Positions 1-12,693 of a stretch of DNA of 64,000 nt are shown here, in pieces. This stretch comes from Blepharisma stoltei ATCC 30299 (Eukaryota > Protista > Ciliophora): contig CBFDEM010000062.1 of assembly GCA_965603825.1 (NCBI GenBank), positions 558,001 to 622,000 on the forward strand, written 5' to 3'. The position numbers and the translations under genes are program-made. The notes beneath the pieces were generated by a model. That model saw nothing but the letters and a program-made list of their open reading frames with translations, was not told the DNA's origin and did not search any database. Numbering within the stretch: the first letter of the stretch is position 1; each line of letters opens with the position of its first letter.

Positions 1-849
1 TGCAAATTGTATCATGATAAAAACATCTATTTAATTGAAAACTATCCATATGATGACAACGAAATTCAAACAAAACTAGTGATTTTTGACACAGAATCTT
101 TACAAATAAATTATAAAGCTATTAAAACTCCAGAAGCCTTGTCAGATGGAACTTGCATAGCACAACTACCAAACAATGAATTATTCTGCTATGGAAATTA
201 TAGCCCTCTTTCAGGAGTTACAATCACTATTAATACTAAAGACTTATCATTCCAATCACTCAAAATTGGAATTCCTTGCTGTTCATCTGGCTGCACATAT
301 TATCAAAATTCAGTTTATGCTTTTGGAGGAAATATTTCTGAAGAAAATTATTTAAACCAAACAAGAAAATATGATTTTTCTGAAGACCAATGGATCGAAC
401 TGTCTTCAATGCCCATTGCATCTGATGGGTGCTCTTGCATTCCTTTTAGAGAATCCATTTTAGTATCCGGCTGAAATCACTCAAAAGTATATCGATATGA
501 TATTAATGGAGATATTTATTCAGAAATTCTGAATATCAGTGCCGAAAAAGATAAAATTGTATTTACAGGAAATTCTAGAGCTTATATTGTAGAACAAGAA
601 GGAAGTATTTATGAAAGTGAAACTAACGATGAAAATATTTGGTACAGAATTGGCAACTCTAGTACAGGGTTTGCGCTTCAAAGTTATAGAACTTATTGCA
701 ATGGCTCAATATTAATTGGGATGATAGATGATGAAGAAGACGAAGACTGAGATGAATATTATTGCTTTTACACATTTAACTTGAAAAGTAAGACACTAGA
801 CAAAATAGAAGAAATTTGTCCCATAGATAATTATTATCGTAACAGTTAA
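1..849 (+). CDS. Kelch-like beta-propeller protein (5' partial)
   Basis: ORF 7..474 continues through two in-frame TGA (Trp) to TAA at 847-849. Kelch motifs LFCYGN, VYAFGG...YD...W, ILVSGW. Confidence 0.8.
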
Positions 850-880
850 AATTTTTTAATCCTCAAGCTTTTATAATTAA

Positions 881-2107
881 TTAAAAAGAAATGAGAATAA
901 ACGAAGTTGCCAAAGCTACCAAAGAGGCATTATCAGTATTTCCACCATTGTTATAATTTTCTTCTGCTTTTAAATAATATGGGAAAAAAGTATTAAGAAC
1001 GCAATCTTCTGAGTTGAACGCAGCCACATACATAATTGCATATATATATCTATAAAGTAATATTGAATAGGGCTTTGAGCCATAATATTCATAAGCGCAT
1101 TGAATCTTGCTATTCACAAAAGTCGGATTTCTCCAATAAGTGTGACATTTTTCAATTGCTGCACTATTTTGCCAGTTTTGAATCTCAGTTAATAGTGCAG
1201 CCTGTGGGCTATCCCCTGGTTGAAGGCCACAGTAGGAATCTCCGTTTTTATTCCAAGCACAATTGCAGATAGTATAAATTTCTGCCCCTGTTGATGTATC
1301 TACTTTTGATTCACAGCCTGCTGTGGAGTTATAAGCATAAGTGCATTGCACAGGAATCTGGCCATTTGAGACTATTGGTCCAGTGCAAAGGAATTTTCCT
1401 TCGTTGTTTTTGGCGCATTTTGTTGAGGAACAGACATTGGAGTTCACAGTGCAAGTTTCTTCTGAAATTTCTGTCCCTGAGGCTAGTGATCCGTATTTAA
1501 TGCATGTATTCTTTGTTGGGTCATTAGTTGAGCTTATATTGCACCCACCATTATAAGTGCAATCATACTGCTCTAAACAGCCTGTTTCTCCAATTCCTAT
1601 TAAAGGTGCGCATTGCATCACTCCGTCTATGCTTTGGCATGACGCACCTGGGTTGCATTGAAGACTGGAAGTGCAGGTTTTACCAAGTCCATCTCCTTGG
1701 CATCTTCCTTTTTTACAAGATATAGAAGAGTCCCAATAGCAGTTTCCTAAGTCAGAGCATTCGTCCCCAGGCAATGATATTTCAACTGGTGGATTATTAC
1801 TGCAAGTCCTATTTGACAATAATTGAGTTGTGAAACAAGTATCTGCACTATTCTTGCAAGGCTTAGAATAAATAACTTGATCTTCTGGGTTGAAATATCC
1901 ACATGTTTCGCTTGTAAATTTTTGGGTTTCTGTTTTACAAGTATATTTACTGCATGTGTCTATATCTTTTAAAGGTTCAACTAGTTCAGGGAAAATTCTT
2001 GAAATTGCTCCATAAGGGAGAAGAAGGTCTTCGTGAGATAGCAGTGATCCAATTGCTAATGTGAAAGCAAAGGATATTGCAAGGATTTTCACCATAGGAT
2101 ATATCAT
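881..2107 (-). CDS. Cys-rich secreted/GPI-anchored surface protein, paralog 1
   Basis: 408-aa ORF with signal peptide, many regularly spaced Cys and a short hydrophobic C-terminal tail (ASLVALATSFILISF). Confidence 0.8.
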   Translation of the reverse strand: MIYPMVKILAISFAFTLAIGSLLSHEDLLLPYGAISRIFPELVEPLKDIDTCSKYTCKTETQKFTSETCGYFNPEDQVIYSKPCKNSADTCFTTQLLSNRTCSNNPPVEISLPGDECSDLGNCYWDSSISCKKGRCQGDGLGKTCTSSLQCNPGASCQSIDGVMQCAPLIGIGETGCLEQYDCTYNGGCNISSTNDPTKNTCIKYGSLASGTEISEETCTVNSNVCSSTKCAKNNEGKFLCTGPIVSNGQIPVQCTYAYNSTAGCESKVDTSTGAEIYTICNCAWNKNGDSYCGLQPGDSPQAALLTEIQNWQNSAAIEKCHTYWRNPTFVNSKIQCAYEYYGSKPYSILLYRYIYAIMYVAAFNSEDCVLNTFFPYYLKAEENYNNGGNTDNASLVALATSFILISF

Positions 2108-2587
2108 TATTATCAGAAGCGATCAGATTAAGTTATGCTAGAATAAAAATCTGATCATTTTGGGCAATAAGTTGAAAGAAAATCAAATGGTGAAAATATT
2201 AAAATGAAAGATGTAATTAAGCTTTAATATTCATCTTAAATTAAATCAAGATAAATTTTCTCTTCTTTCTAGTGATCTTTCTATACTAATCGCTCTTATA
2301 AATTATAAGGATATTCTTTAGAGTGTTAGTTTATGTTTTAAATAAACTATTTTCAATTTATAGACAAGAGGTATTTTTGCGAAAGCATAAATGCATTCAT
2401 TTCAGCCTGTAAGCTATTTTTATTAATTAGAGAAATGCTTTAAATCTTGCTATGCAGGTGAAAATTGAGATAATTAAATATTAGGTGCTTGAAAAATATA
2501 ATTTATTAATTTAAATAATTTCAAACCTAAAATCATTAAGCTTATTTTAAATTAATATTAAAAAGTTTAAAAAAATAAGCTATAATT

Positions 2588-3808
2588 TTAAATAGCTAGA
2601 ACTGCTATAAAGGCTGTTAGCGCTATCGAAATAGAACTATCGGTATTATTTCCATTCCCCCCGTTATTAAAATTATCTTTAGCTTGCAAATAAAACGGGT
2701 AAAGCGTTTTAAGAACGCATTCTTCAGATCCATAAATATTCACATAATAAGACACATAAAGCAATCTATAAAGAAAAGCAGAGTAGTCTTTAGAATCATA
2801 ATAATCTGCAGCACATTGAAGCTTTGAATTGGCAAGTGCTGGATATCTCCAATTGGTATTACAATTTTTTATTGCACTGCTTGATTGCCACTTGCTATAC
2901 TCGTTTCTTAGCGCGACATATGGAGCATCTCCCTTTTGAAGTGAACAATATGTATCTCCATTTGGATTATAGGCGCAGAGGCATGATCCATTCAAGCCAT
3001 GACCTAAATATATATCTTCTTTTGATATGCATCCAGTGGATGAGTAAGCTTCAGGGCAGCTTAGTGGAGTTTGGCCACTGGAAATAATTTCATCTGTGCA
3101 AACAAAATTTCCATTATTATCTTCACCACAAAGCCCAGAGCTGCAAACATTAGAGTTGGTATTGCAAGTATAGTTAGTAATTTTAGTTCCTGGAGTCAAA
3201 GATCCATACTTAATGCATGTATTTTTAGAAGTATCATTTAGAGAGACTATGCTGCATCCTGCACTATATTCACAATCATATTCATTAAGGCATCCCGTTT
3301 TTCCGGCCTCAATTAAAGCTGCACATTGCCAAGCGCCATTGATTTTTCTACAACTGCTGTCTGGATCACATTGAAAAGTTGATGTGCAAGAATCTTTTAA
3401 ATCTAGTCCAATGCAAATTCCTCCAGTGCAAGACTTAGAGTAAAGCAAATAACAATCAGACGCCTTTGAGCATTTGTCTCCTGGTAGTGCTATAGGAAAT
3501 GGATCATTGATTACGCAAGTATAATTTTGAGACACGTTAGGAGAAAAGCAGAGCAATGATTCGTCTTCACATGGCTGTGAATAAACTGTATTGTTAGCTG
3601 AGACAAAATATCCACATGTGTTTCCTGCGAAATTTTGATCAGGCATTTTGCATGTAAATTTGTTGCAGGTCATAGCATCTTCAATTTCCTCAGAAAAGAT
3701 GTTTGAAAATGAGCCATATGGATGCAATTTTTGATTGACAACGTTTTGCCCTATTGTGATTAATATAACTGAAGCTAATGCAAGCACCTGGATTGTCTGG
3801 AGAAACAT
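2588..3808 (-). CDS. Cys-rich secreted/GPI-anchored surface protein, paralog 2
   Basis: 406-aa ORF colinear with 881..2107 (shared KNTCIKYGSL, NSNVCSS, NSKxQCA, NNGGN) with a hydrophobic C-terminal tail. Confidence 0.8.
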   Translation of the reverse strand: MFLQTIQVLALASVILITIGQNVVNQKLHPYGSFSNIFSEEIEDAMTCNKFTCKMPDQNFAGNTCGYFVSANNTVYSQPCEDESLLCFSPNVSQNYTCVINDPFPIALPGDKCSKASDCYLLYSKSCTGGICIGLDLKDSCTSTFQCDPDSSCRKINGAWQCAALIEAGKTGCLNEYDCEYSAGCSIVSLNDTSKNTCIKYGSLTPGTKITNYTCNTNSNVCSSGLCGEDNNGNFVCTDEIISSGQTPLSCPEAYSSTGCISKEDIYLGHGLNGSCLCAYNPNGDTYCSLQKGDAPYVALRNEYSKWQSSSAIKNCNTNWRYPALANSKLQCAADYYDSKDYSAFLYRLLYVSYYVNIYGSEECVLKTLYPFYLQAKDNFNNGGNGNNTDSSISIALTAFIAVLAI

Positions 3809-4385
3809 TTATAAAAATGACAACAATTAGGAATAAATGGATTCGGAAGTCCAGTGAAATATAAAAATGAACTAGATATCTAAAGATTCTGTTTATTTGC
3901 TATATATTGCAAAAACGTAGTCTTAAAAATAAAGCATCTTTTTTACGATTTATTTAGAAATTGCTTAATTGATCAAGATAGCTGGCTGGAAACTAATTAG
4001 AGGTTTTTTAAAGGGAGTGATAACCTGAAGTATTTTTTAACCTTTCATAATCCTTTTGTTGTCATTTCAGATATTTGATCAGTCCTTTCTGATATAGAGG
4101 AATTGAGGTTTTTATTTAGATCGCAGTTTTTCCTTACTTCTGAATCTCCTTATGTTTACTAGGCTACTTTAAAAAAGCAAGCTTTTTTTTTATTATATAT
4201 ATATAGAAGACTCAGACTTATTCAAATTCCTCAAAATATTTATTGCAAAAAAATACTTAGCCGAAATTTATTTCAGCATTACATATAATAAACAAATTTT
4301 GCTAGATAAATATTTTTATATAAATTTAAATATTTTCAGCCTTATCATTATCTGAGCCATTTTAATTCCGAAATTATAATAAAAA

Positions 4386-6056
4386 ATGAAACTCATATAC
4401 TTTTGTTTATCACTAGCTCTTGCTTCAATATCATTTCCTCTATTCAAAAAATCTTCTAGCACAAAACTTGCTAAAAGCACGCCTTTTTTAACACCACTTC
4501 TTCACCTCACAGGCTTTTATCCTCATTTAGTGTAACAAATTACCAAGACGTAATTTTTATTTTAGCTTCAGTATTATGCTCAAGCAACAATTGGAACTCC
4601 TCCTCAAACCTTTACCTTTACAGTAGACACTGGAAGTACTTGAATATGGATTGACAGCAACAGCTGCTCCAATTGTCATTCTGGAACAAAATTTTATTCA
4701 TCATCTTCTTCTACTTACTACAACACCCAGACCACAAAGACGCTAACTTATTTGCAAGGAAACTCTGTTGGCTATTTAAGTACCGATGTGATTTCTATTG
4801 GAGACAGCACATCTTTGTCTGTAACGAACCAATCTTTTATTTTGGTTTACAACGAAAGCAGCTTTGATAGCATGAAGTCAGATGGGCTAATTGGTTTTGC
4901 ATTTGACAGCCTAAGTGATGGTGTCAGCTCTTTGCTTACCTCATTGAAAACCCAAGGAAAAATAAAAAATAGGCAATTCGCTATTTATTTGAGTGAAGTC
5001 AACAGCTATTCAGATTTGCCTAATTTAGGGAGTTCAAATTTGATGATTGATGGGTATAACTTGACAGCTTATTCCTCAGAAAATAGCTTTACTTATGTAA
5101 GCTTAGCCAATAGTGACGGCTACTGGGAAATCCCTTGTGATGCTGCTTATTTTGATGGTAAAACATATACTGGCAGCCCTACTGCTATTATTGATACAGG
5201 GACTAGCGTTATTATTGGCCCCAAAAATGACGTAAACAACATTTTACTAGGTTTATATAATAATCATGGATGCAAACTCGACTCATCAAGTGAGCTTTAC
5301 TGCTCATGTACAGGAACTTACCCTAACATGACTTTTCAGTTTTCTGGGCATAATTTCACTCTTCAGCCAAGCGATTATTTTGAAGTTTATGAAGGTTATT
5401 GCTTCCCAGCTCTTTACTATAGCAGCCAACTTAGCACTTGACTGCTTGGTGACAGCTTTATAAGAAGATTTTATATTAATTTTGACATTGATGGAATGAG
5501 GATGGGCTTTGCGCAGGTTGGAATAAGTACATCAGAAAGTGCAAGTTCTTCAACTGGCAGTACAACCAGCGGATCCTCAGAAAGTGGTGGAAGCTCTTCA
5601 TCAGCCAATAGCACATCTTCAAGTTCTGGATCTTCAAATAATAGTACATCAACAAGCTCCAATAGCACGAGCACAAGCTCTTCAGGCTCGGGCACTAGTT
5701 CCAATAGCACAAGCACAAGTACATCAAGCTCTAATAGCTCTAGCAGCTCATCTTCTAGTTCTAGTAGTCTTAATGGCAGTAGCAGCAGCTCAGAGAGCTT
5801 TGAAACATGAAAAATTGTTTTAATTGTTGTGTTACCAACAGCCTTTTTTATTATTGTTTTCGTTATAAGCGCGGTTATTATAGCGAAAATAATAAAAAAG
5901 AGAAAGCAAAAAGGATCTGAGATTAAGTTAAGTGGGAATATCGAGGTTAAAGTAGAAGACGCAAAAATAGAAAACAAAGATATATCCAAAAAGCATACAA
6001 TGGAGAAGTATGAAGAAGATGTGGTAAGGCAAGAATTGAATAGAAACCATGGGTAA
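4386..6056 (+). CDS. Pepsin-family (A1) aspartic protease with Ser-rich stalk and C-terminal TM anchor; one 16-nt intron; apparent 1-nt frameshift near 4484-4489
   Basis: Signal peptide from ATG 4386. NYQD|LQYYAQATIGTPPQTF-VDTGS, second catalytic IIDTGTS, and W(TGA)LLGDSFIRRFY...MGFA. Then Ser/Thr linker, TM helix, basic stop-transfer, TAA 6054-6056. Confidence 0.85.
4550..4565 (+). other. Tiny spliceosomal intron (16 nt)
   Basis: gtaatttttattttag. Its removal restores the canonical pepsin N-terminal motif NYQD-LQYY. Confidence 0.85.
5525..5800 (+). repeat. Low-complexity Ser/Thr/Gly/Asn-coding repeat (protease stalk)
   Basis: Repeated agc/tct/agt/aca codons, e.g. NSTSTSSNSTSTSSSGSG. Confidence 0.8.
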
Positions 6057-6580
6057 TATTAATATTTTACTGATTTAAATAGCTTATAATATATAAATTA
6101 AATCTATGGTTACGTTTATAAATTGTCAATAATAAATATCAAATTTATGCTGAGAAATTGCTATTATAGTCAACTTTGCTTATTCTTTTTTATATTAGGC
6201 TACTGATATTCAAATGTGCTTATAAAAATTATTATAGATGCTAAGCACATCAAACTATACTTTATATAGCTATAGCCACCATAGATTAGATTCTTTTTCA
6301 AATATTTCATTTTACCATTTAGCAAATAGCAGGCAATTAAGTTATAGAATGATAAGCAAAACCGCGAGTTGAGAAAGTGACATAGAAATGGGTACAACTA
6401 AAATATGGTTGATGATTGCGTGCTAAGGTTTATTAGCAAATCTATAATTTTGGAATAAAATCTAAAAGAAAACTATATGATTTAAATAAGTGCTATTAAA
6501 ATTTAATATTAATTAACTGAAATAATCATTATTTACAACTATTTTCATTTATTACTAGATAATTTAGTCAATAATTTAAT

Positions 6581-9244
6581 ATGGAAAAATTGGTTGAATT
6601 AGAAAATTTTACTATGAGTTCTGGAAATGCAATACCTTGCAAGAAAATCCCAAATTATTTTAAAGAGAAACCCAATTGAGCTGATTTTGTCTTATTATAT
6701 TCTAATGATCGATATGAAAATGATTGCAACTTACTAAGCCATGATAAAGTGATCTCTTGAAAACGTCTATGCTTAAACCTAGATGCAAATTTACTTGCTG
6801 AGATTTTGAAAGTAAATAAAATCCCTAGGAGAAGAGAAGTAAATAAGGAAAATTATTTTATTGACTCTATTGCAAGAAATGTAAAGTTAAATAAGAACGA
6901 AAAAATTTTACTAAATGACAATAGAGACAATGCATATCTATTAATCCTAAAAGCCAAATTGCTTGCCAAATTGAAAGTTTTAGAAAGAAAATCTTTTGTA
7001 AATTTTTCTTATGAAACAATTAACAAAATGATTGCAAAGAAAATAATTGATGATATCTCCTTAAATTATTATACAATAAAAAAGATCAGCATGAGTTATT
7101 TTAACAGAATCAATATTGCCGAGAGAATTGAATTAAATAAGTATATTTCTGAATTATTAAACGATAATATAAAAGAAACTTTGTATCAAATTATTTTATT
7201 TTCAAGAACCTCTGAAGAAATAGCTACAGCAGCAAGCAACGCGATTACAATTTTGAACAGAAATAAATTTTCTTTTAAAAATAAAAACTTAGAAAAAATA
7301 AAAATCAAAGGAGCTGATTTATCTTTTGGCCTATTTGAAAATGTGAAATTTGATTCCAGTGATCTCAGAGATGTAAATTTTACAAATTCCAATATTTTAA
7401 GAGTAAGTTTCAAAAATTGTAATATGAAAAACGTCGAGTTTGGCCAAGCTATCTGCGTGAATTGCAATAAAACCATAAAGCATTTAGAAATTTTTCCATC
7501 TGGAAGATATTTATTAGCTTTGTATAATAGCAGCTCTTTTATTAATATATGAGATACTGCAAATTGGAGTTTGGCAATGAGATTTGAAGGAAATAAAAAT
7601 GAATTTATCAAATCCTTTATTAGCTCTGATGAACAACTATTGATTTCTACTGATATAGAGCACAACATTTTTATCTGAAATTTAGATTCAAAAGAAAATA
7701 TCTCAATAATAAATAGAGGCTCATTTACTGATATTGCTTTTTCTCCCTGTGGACTATATATAGCAACTATGAAAACAATATATGAAGTTGATATTTTTAA
7801 TTGAAATGAAAAAATCGAAGAAACTATTCGATATAATGACTCAATAGCTGATATTAAATTCTCTCCCTGAGGAACATATTTTTTGACTCTGACATATTAT
7901 TTCAGCAACGTTATTGATCTCTACACTATAAAAAAGAAATGTCACAAAACAATTAAGGTTATATCTCGCCCCAAGTTTCTCGCATTCTCTCCTTGTGAAA
8001 AATTTATAATTGGTGAATCAAATAAGCAACTGATATTATGAAATATATCTGATTCTAGATATTATTTAATACATTATTGCTCCCAGCAAATAGAAGGATT
8101 GTGGGCTATGAATGATAAATGAATTTTGCTAAATAAGCATTTTATGGAAATTATTCAAACTGATACTTTAAGCGTGAAGAAACATTGATTCAATGATAAA
8201 GAAATTTCATCTATTGCAATCTCACCACATTCAAAGAGCATTTACACCAGCAGTAAAGATGGAATTATTAAAGTGTCTCCTTTAAATAAATGCAAACTTA
8301 GCTACTGAGGAGATCACCATTATGAAATTAGAGCAGTTGATTTTTCACCAAACTCAAAATTGTTTGCATCAGCAAGTACTGAAATCATTTTATGAGATGC
8401 GAAAACTTTTTTACCTATCAAAAGATCTCCTCGTCTGCATTTCTTCACAATCAAAGCTATAAAGATTTCATATTGTGGAGATTTCATTATTTCTTTGTCT
8501 GAAGACAGAATGGTGATGTGGAATATCAATAATTCTGAAGTCTTTAATGAACTAGAATTAGATATGGAATGCTATGGAATTAATGGATTTTGTTTAGCGC
8601 CTTCACAAAAGTTTGCAGTCTTTCAAAATGGGGTAACAATTTACATGATTGACTTTGAGTGCGTTGAGCTCATCCAAATTTTTATAGTAAATACATCATA
8701 TGCTCAGTATATGAATCTTTGGATTTCTGAAGTCCCTGAAGATGCAGTTAGAGCTTTTTGGATAAATAAGAGTACCATTTTAAAAATCAACTATGATCAT
8801 TCATACAAAAATGATATTATTGACGTAGGAGGAGCTGCAGATTTTGGAACTATATCACCATGTGGTAAATATCTTATATTTTCGCATAAAAGTAAATTTT
8901 TGGTAAGATGAAGTAACGATGAAATGAAAATTTTATCAGAAGAAAGCTGTTTTGATAAGCCTTCCATTATAATTTATTCACATAAAGGAAATTATATTGC
9001 CTTAGATAGTAATAATAAAATTACTATTAGAAATGCAAAAAACCTGGAACTAACACAAGAATGTTGTTATCACCAAGACATTATATCTTGCATTTCATTT
9101 TCTTATAAAGATGATCTGCTTATATCTGGAAGCAAAGATGGAACGATAAAAATATGAAGATTAAATCCATCTTCAACGAGTAAAAATTCTTATATTCCAC
9201 GCAGCAAATTTTTATTAAAAGAAAATCCTATTATTATCTTTTAA
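6581..9244 (+). CDS. Pentapeptide-repeat + WD40-repeat protein (sensor part of NACHT-WD40-like family)
   Basis: Single frame from ATG 6581 through many TGA to TAA 9242-9244. AASNAITILN followed by pentapeptide repeats (GADLSFGLFENVKFDSSDLRDVNF), then WD40 repeats where TGA encodes the repeat-terminal W (INIW-D, IFIW-N, ISGSKDGTIKIW). Confidence 0.85.
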
Positions 9245-9372
9245 GTCTAGGCAGATATCATCATTAATTTATTATGAAAAATTATAAAAAATTAATTACA
9301 TATCAGAAATTGAAAGGCTAAATTATTATTCTGATAAAAATATAGGATGAAAAGTTGTATATTTCATTTAAA

Positions 9373-10230
9373 ATGAATTTACCTGAAAAAGATTGGGATT
9401 ATCACATTTTCAACAGCCAAAATCTTTATTTAGTCACTAGAAATCGCCAAACTGATATGCAAGAACTAATAATCTTTGATACAAAGCTTATGAGACTAAA
9501 AAAGTCCTACATTGAGGACCTGTCAATGGTTGATGAAATACAGAACATAGTAATGCTCCCAGAATCAAAATTATTTGCCTTTGCGCTTACCAATAGTAGA
9601 TCAACTCCAAACTTTTCATGTATAATTAACACCAGACATGGTATAATTGAAAAAACCTTCAATAGCGCTCCATGCATTCCACTATGCTCCACCTACTGCA
9701 ATAACTCAGTCTATGTTTTTGGATGCAGTTCTGATAGGCTCACGAGTATTACGGCAAGGTTTGATTTTATCAATAATAAATGAGAAAAATTGCCTATAAT
9801 TCCACTATCATGCAACTTTTCTTGCACTCCTTTTAAAGGGTCTATTTTGATTTATGGTGCAGAGCTGTATCATTTTGATACATCTACAGAATCTTATTCA
9901 GAAATCTCTCTGCATTACTCAACCCAGATTTGCTCAAAAATATTAATGACAGCAAATTCAAGAGTTTATATTTTTGAGTCTTACGGAAGTATTTTTGAGA
10001 GTGAAATAGGAAATGAATATTGTTGAAAAAACATCGGAAAATCTAAAATTCAAATAGAAACACCTGGCTATGTAAGTAATGTAATTAGCCAAGAACATAT
10101 TTTTTTGGGGACATATATATTTCTTAACTCAAACAGAGTTATGCGTTGTTCTTATTACAAATTTGATTTAAAGAACAAAGGAGATCTAACTTATTTTGCG
10201 GAATTTGATTTTAAACTATTTTACTTTTAG
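9373..10230 (+). CDS. Kelch-like beta-propeller protein
   Basis: ORFs 9355..9783 and 9790..10026 join via TGA=W, stop TAG 10228-10230. VYVFG, W..LP, CTPFKGSILIYG; paralogous to gene at 1..849. Confidence 0.75.
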
Positions 10231-10374
10231 ATATTCAATTAATTCTTACATTATATAATTTTTCATTTAAATCTAAAATGATAATTACTGAATCCCAAAT
10301 ATTGATTCTAGAATCAGTTACAAGTTAAAAATAAAAATATAACATCTTTAAATAAAGTTTCTTATTTAAAATAA

Positions 10375-12693
10375 TTATTCGCTGCTTTCGATTTTTTCTG
10401 CTTTATCAAAGCACTTCTGAGCTTCTTCATCCCTACCTAACTCCTTGAGAGAATTTCCTTTTTTCCTGTAATAAATAGCATTTTGAGGAGCAATATTGAT
10501 TGCCTCATCATAAAGCTCAATCGCTTCTTTATGTCTTTTTTCTTTATTGAAGACTTCTCCAATATCATAGTATGCGTCCTCTTGGTCTGGATCAATATCA
10601 ATGGCTTCATTGTAGCTCTCAATAGCTTCTTCATTTCTACCCAAAGCAAAAAGAGCATTTCCTTTGTTTATATAGAAATAGTAGCAGCTCGACTTTATTT
10701 TGATTGCTTCATCATAGTTCTTTATGGCTTCTTCATACTGTTTTTGGTTATAGAGGATAAGTCCCCTTCCATTGTATATTTCAGCTTGATTGGGATCAAT
10801 TTTAAAGGCTTCATCATAGCACTCGAAGGCTTCATTGTCTCTGCCTAAGCTAAAAAGAGTATGCCCTTTATTTGTATAGTAGTGGGCGCAGTTCGGGTTG
10901 ACTCTAATTGCGTTAGTTAAGAATACTAATGCTTCTTCATACCTCTTTTCACCGTTAAGTATACTTCCCATACAATTATATGCTTTTTCATCATTCGGGT
11001 TAAGTCTAATAGCTTCGGTGAAGCATTCTACTGCTTCTTCTTTTCTCCCCAGTTTATCAAGCGAAAAGCCTTTATCAAAATAATACATCCCATTATTAGG
11101 ATTGTAATTTATTGCATCGTTAAAAGCTCTCAAAGATTCTTCATATCTATTTATACTGCTAAGAACAAGACCAAAGGCATTATACGCTTCATCGTCAGTT
11201 GGGTTCATTGAAATAGCTTTAGCTAGATTCTTCACGGCTTCACCTGGAACTTGCAAGTTATAATAATTAATTCCTTTGTTTTTATAATAGCTTGCATTTA
11301 ATGGGTTAGCTTTAATTGCATTGTCATAATAGCTTATGGCTTCTTGAAATCTCCCTTTACCGCTAAGGATAGTTCCTATGCAACTGTAAGCTGAATCTTC
11401 ATTTGGATCAATTCTAATCACTTCTTTATAGCATTCCATGGCTTCTTCTTCTCTACCCAAACTGTCCAAGACTTGTGCTTTGGCCATGTAATAATCTATT
11501 TCATTTTGGTTGATACCAATTGCAGTATCATAAGATTTGATGCCTTCTTCATATCTCCCTTGGCTATTAAGGATATTTCCTATCAGAAAGTAAGCTCTAT
11601 CATAATTTGGATTAAGCCTTATAGTTTCGTAAAAGCACTTGATCGCTTGATCTTTGCAACCTGCTATATTAAAAGCAATCCCCGCATTTCAATAGTAAAA
11701 TGGATTACGTGTATTGATGTTGATTGCAAGGTTGAAGTACTTTAAGGCTTCTGTGCAATTATTTGAATTTAAAAAGAAAGTCCCTATCCCAAAGTATGCT
11801 CGATCTTCTTTCGGGTTTATTTTGATAGCTTGAAGGTATAACTCCATAGCTTCTGCTTTCCTGCCTAAGTGATAAAACATTTCTCCTTTTTGTGCAAAGC
11901 AGGCTGTGTTGTTTGGGTTAATTCGGATTGCGTCGTTAAACCATTTTAAAGCCTCATCATAGTCTTTTCATACATAATAATAGAGATCACCTATTAAAAA
12001 GTACGCGAAATCAAGATTTGGATCGATTTTAATTGCTTCTTTATAATTGTCCATGGCTTCTTGTTTACGACCTAAGTTATCAAGAGTTAATCCCCTCTTC
12101 AAATAGTAGTTGGCATCGAAAGGGTTAACTCTTAGTGCTTCATTGAAGTTCTTTAGGGCTTCTTCGAATCTTTGTTTTTCATGAAGAAAAATTGCTATGT
12201 TGAAGTATGCTCGATCTTGATCAGGATCGATTCTAATAGCTTCGGTATAGCATTCGATGCCTTCTTCAGATCTGCCCAATTTATCAAGAGCTAATCCTTT
12301 CTGTGTATAATAGTAAGCACAGTTTGGATTAATCCTGATCGCATCGTTAAGATGCTCAATGGCTTCTTCATATCTTGCTTCGCTGATATGAATACTGCTT
12401 AAGGCAGCATGTGCTTTTTCTTCATTTGGATCAATTCGGATGGCTTCGGTGAAGCTTTCTATGGCATCTTCTTTACGGCCTAATGCATCCAGAGCAAGAC
12501 CTTTCTGTGTATAATTGTAGGCACAGTTTGGTTCGTCTCTGATTGCATTGCTAAAATGCTCAATTTTGAGGACAAGCTCTTCAGCATTTGTTGCTTTTGT
12601 TTTATTTGAACCTGCAATAGTAGCTTCACTTTTGAATTCCATGGCTTTTACTTCTTCTTTATTTAAGCACTCAATTGATACTTCTTTATCCAT
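10375..12693 (-). CDS. Large TPR-repeat protein (~772 aa)
   Basis: Three ORF pieces in one frame joined by TGA=W. About 20 34-aa repeats of type AY..KG..L..LGR.EEA...Y.EAI.I.P. Confidence 0.9.

Noticed and set aside
5321-5328. CCCTAACA telomere-like octamer
   Set aside because: Single copy inside protease coding sequence (YPNM); expected by chance.
5471-5989. 172-aa Leu/Glu/Val-rich minus-strand ORF
   Set aside because: Antisense shadow of the Ser-rich stalk of the protease. The many other short antisense ORFs over real genes were dismissed for the same reason.
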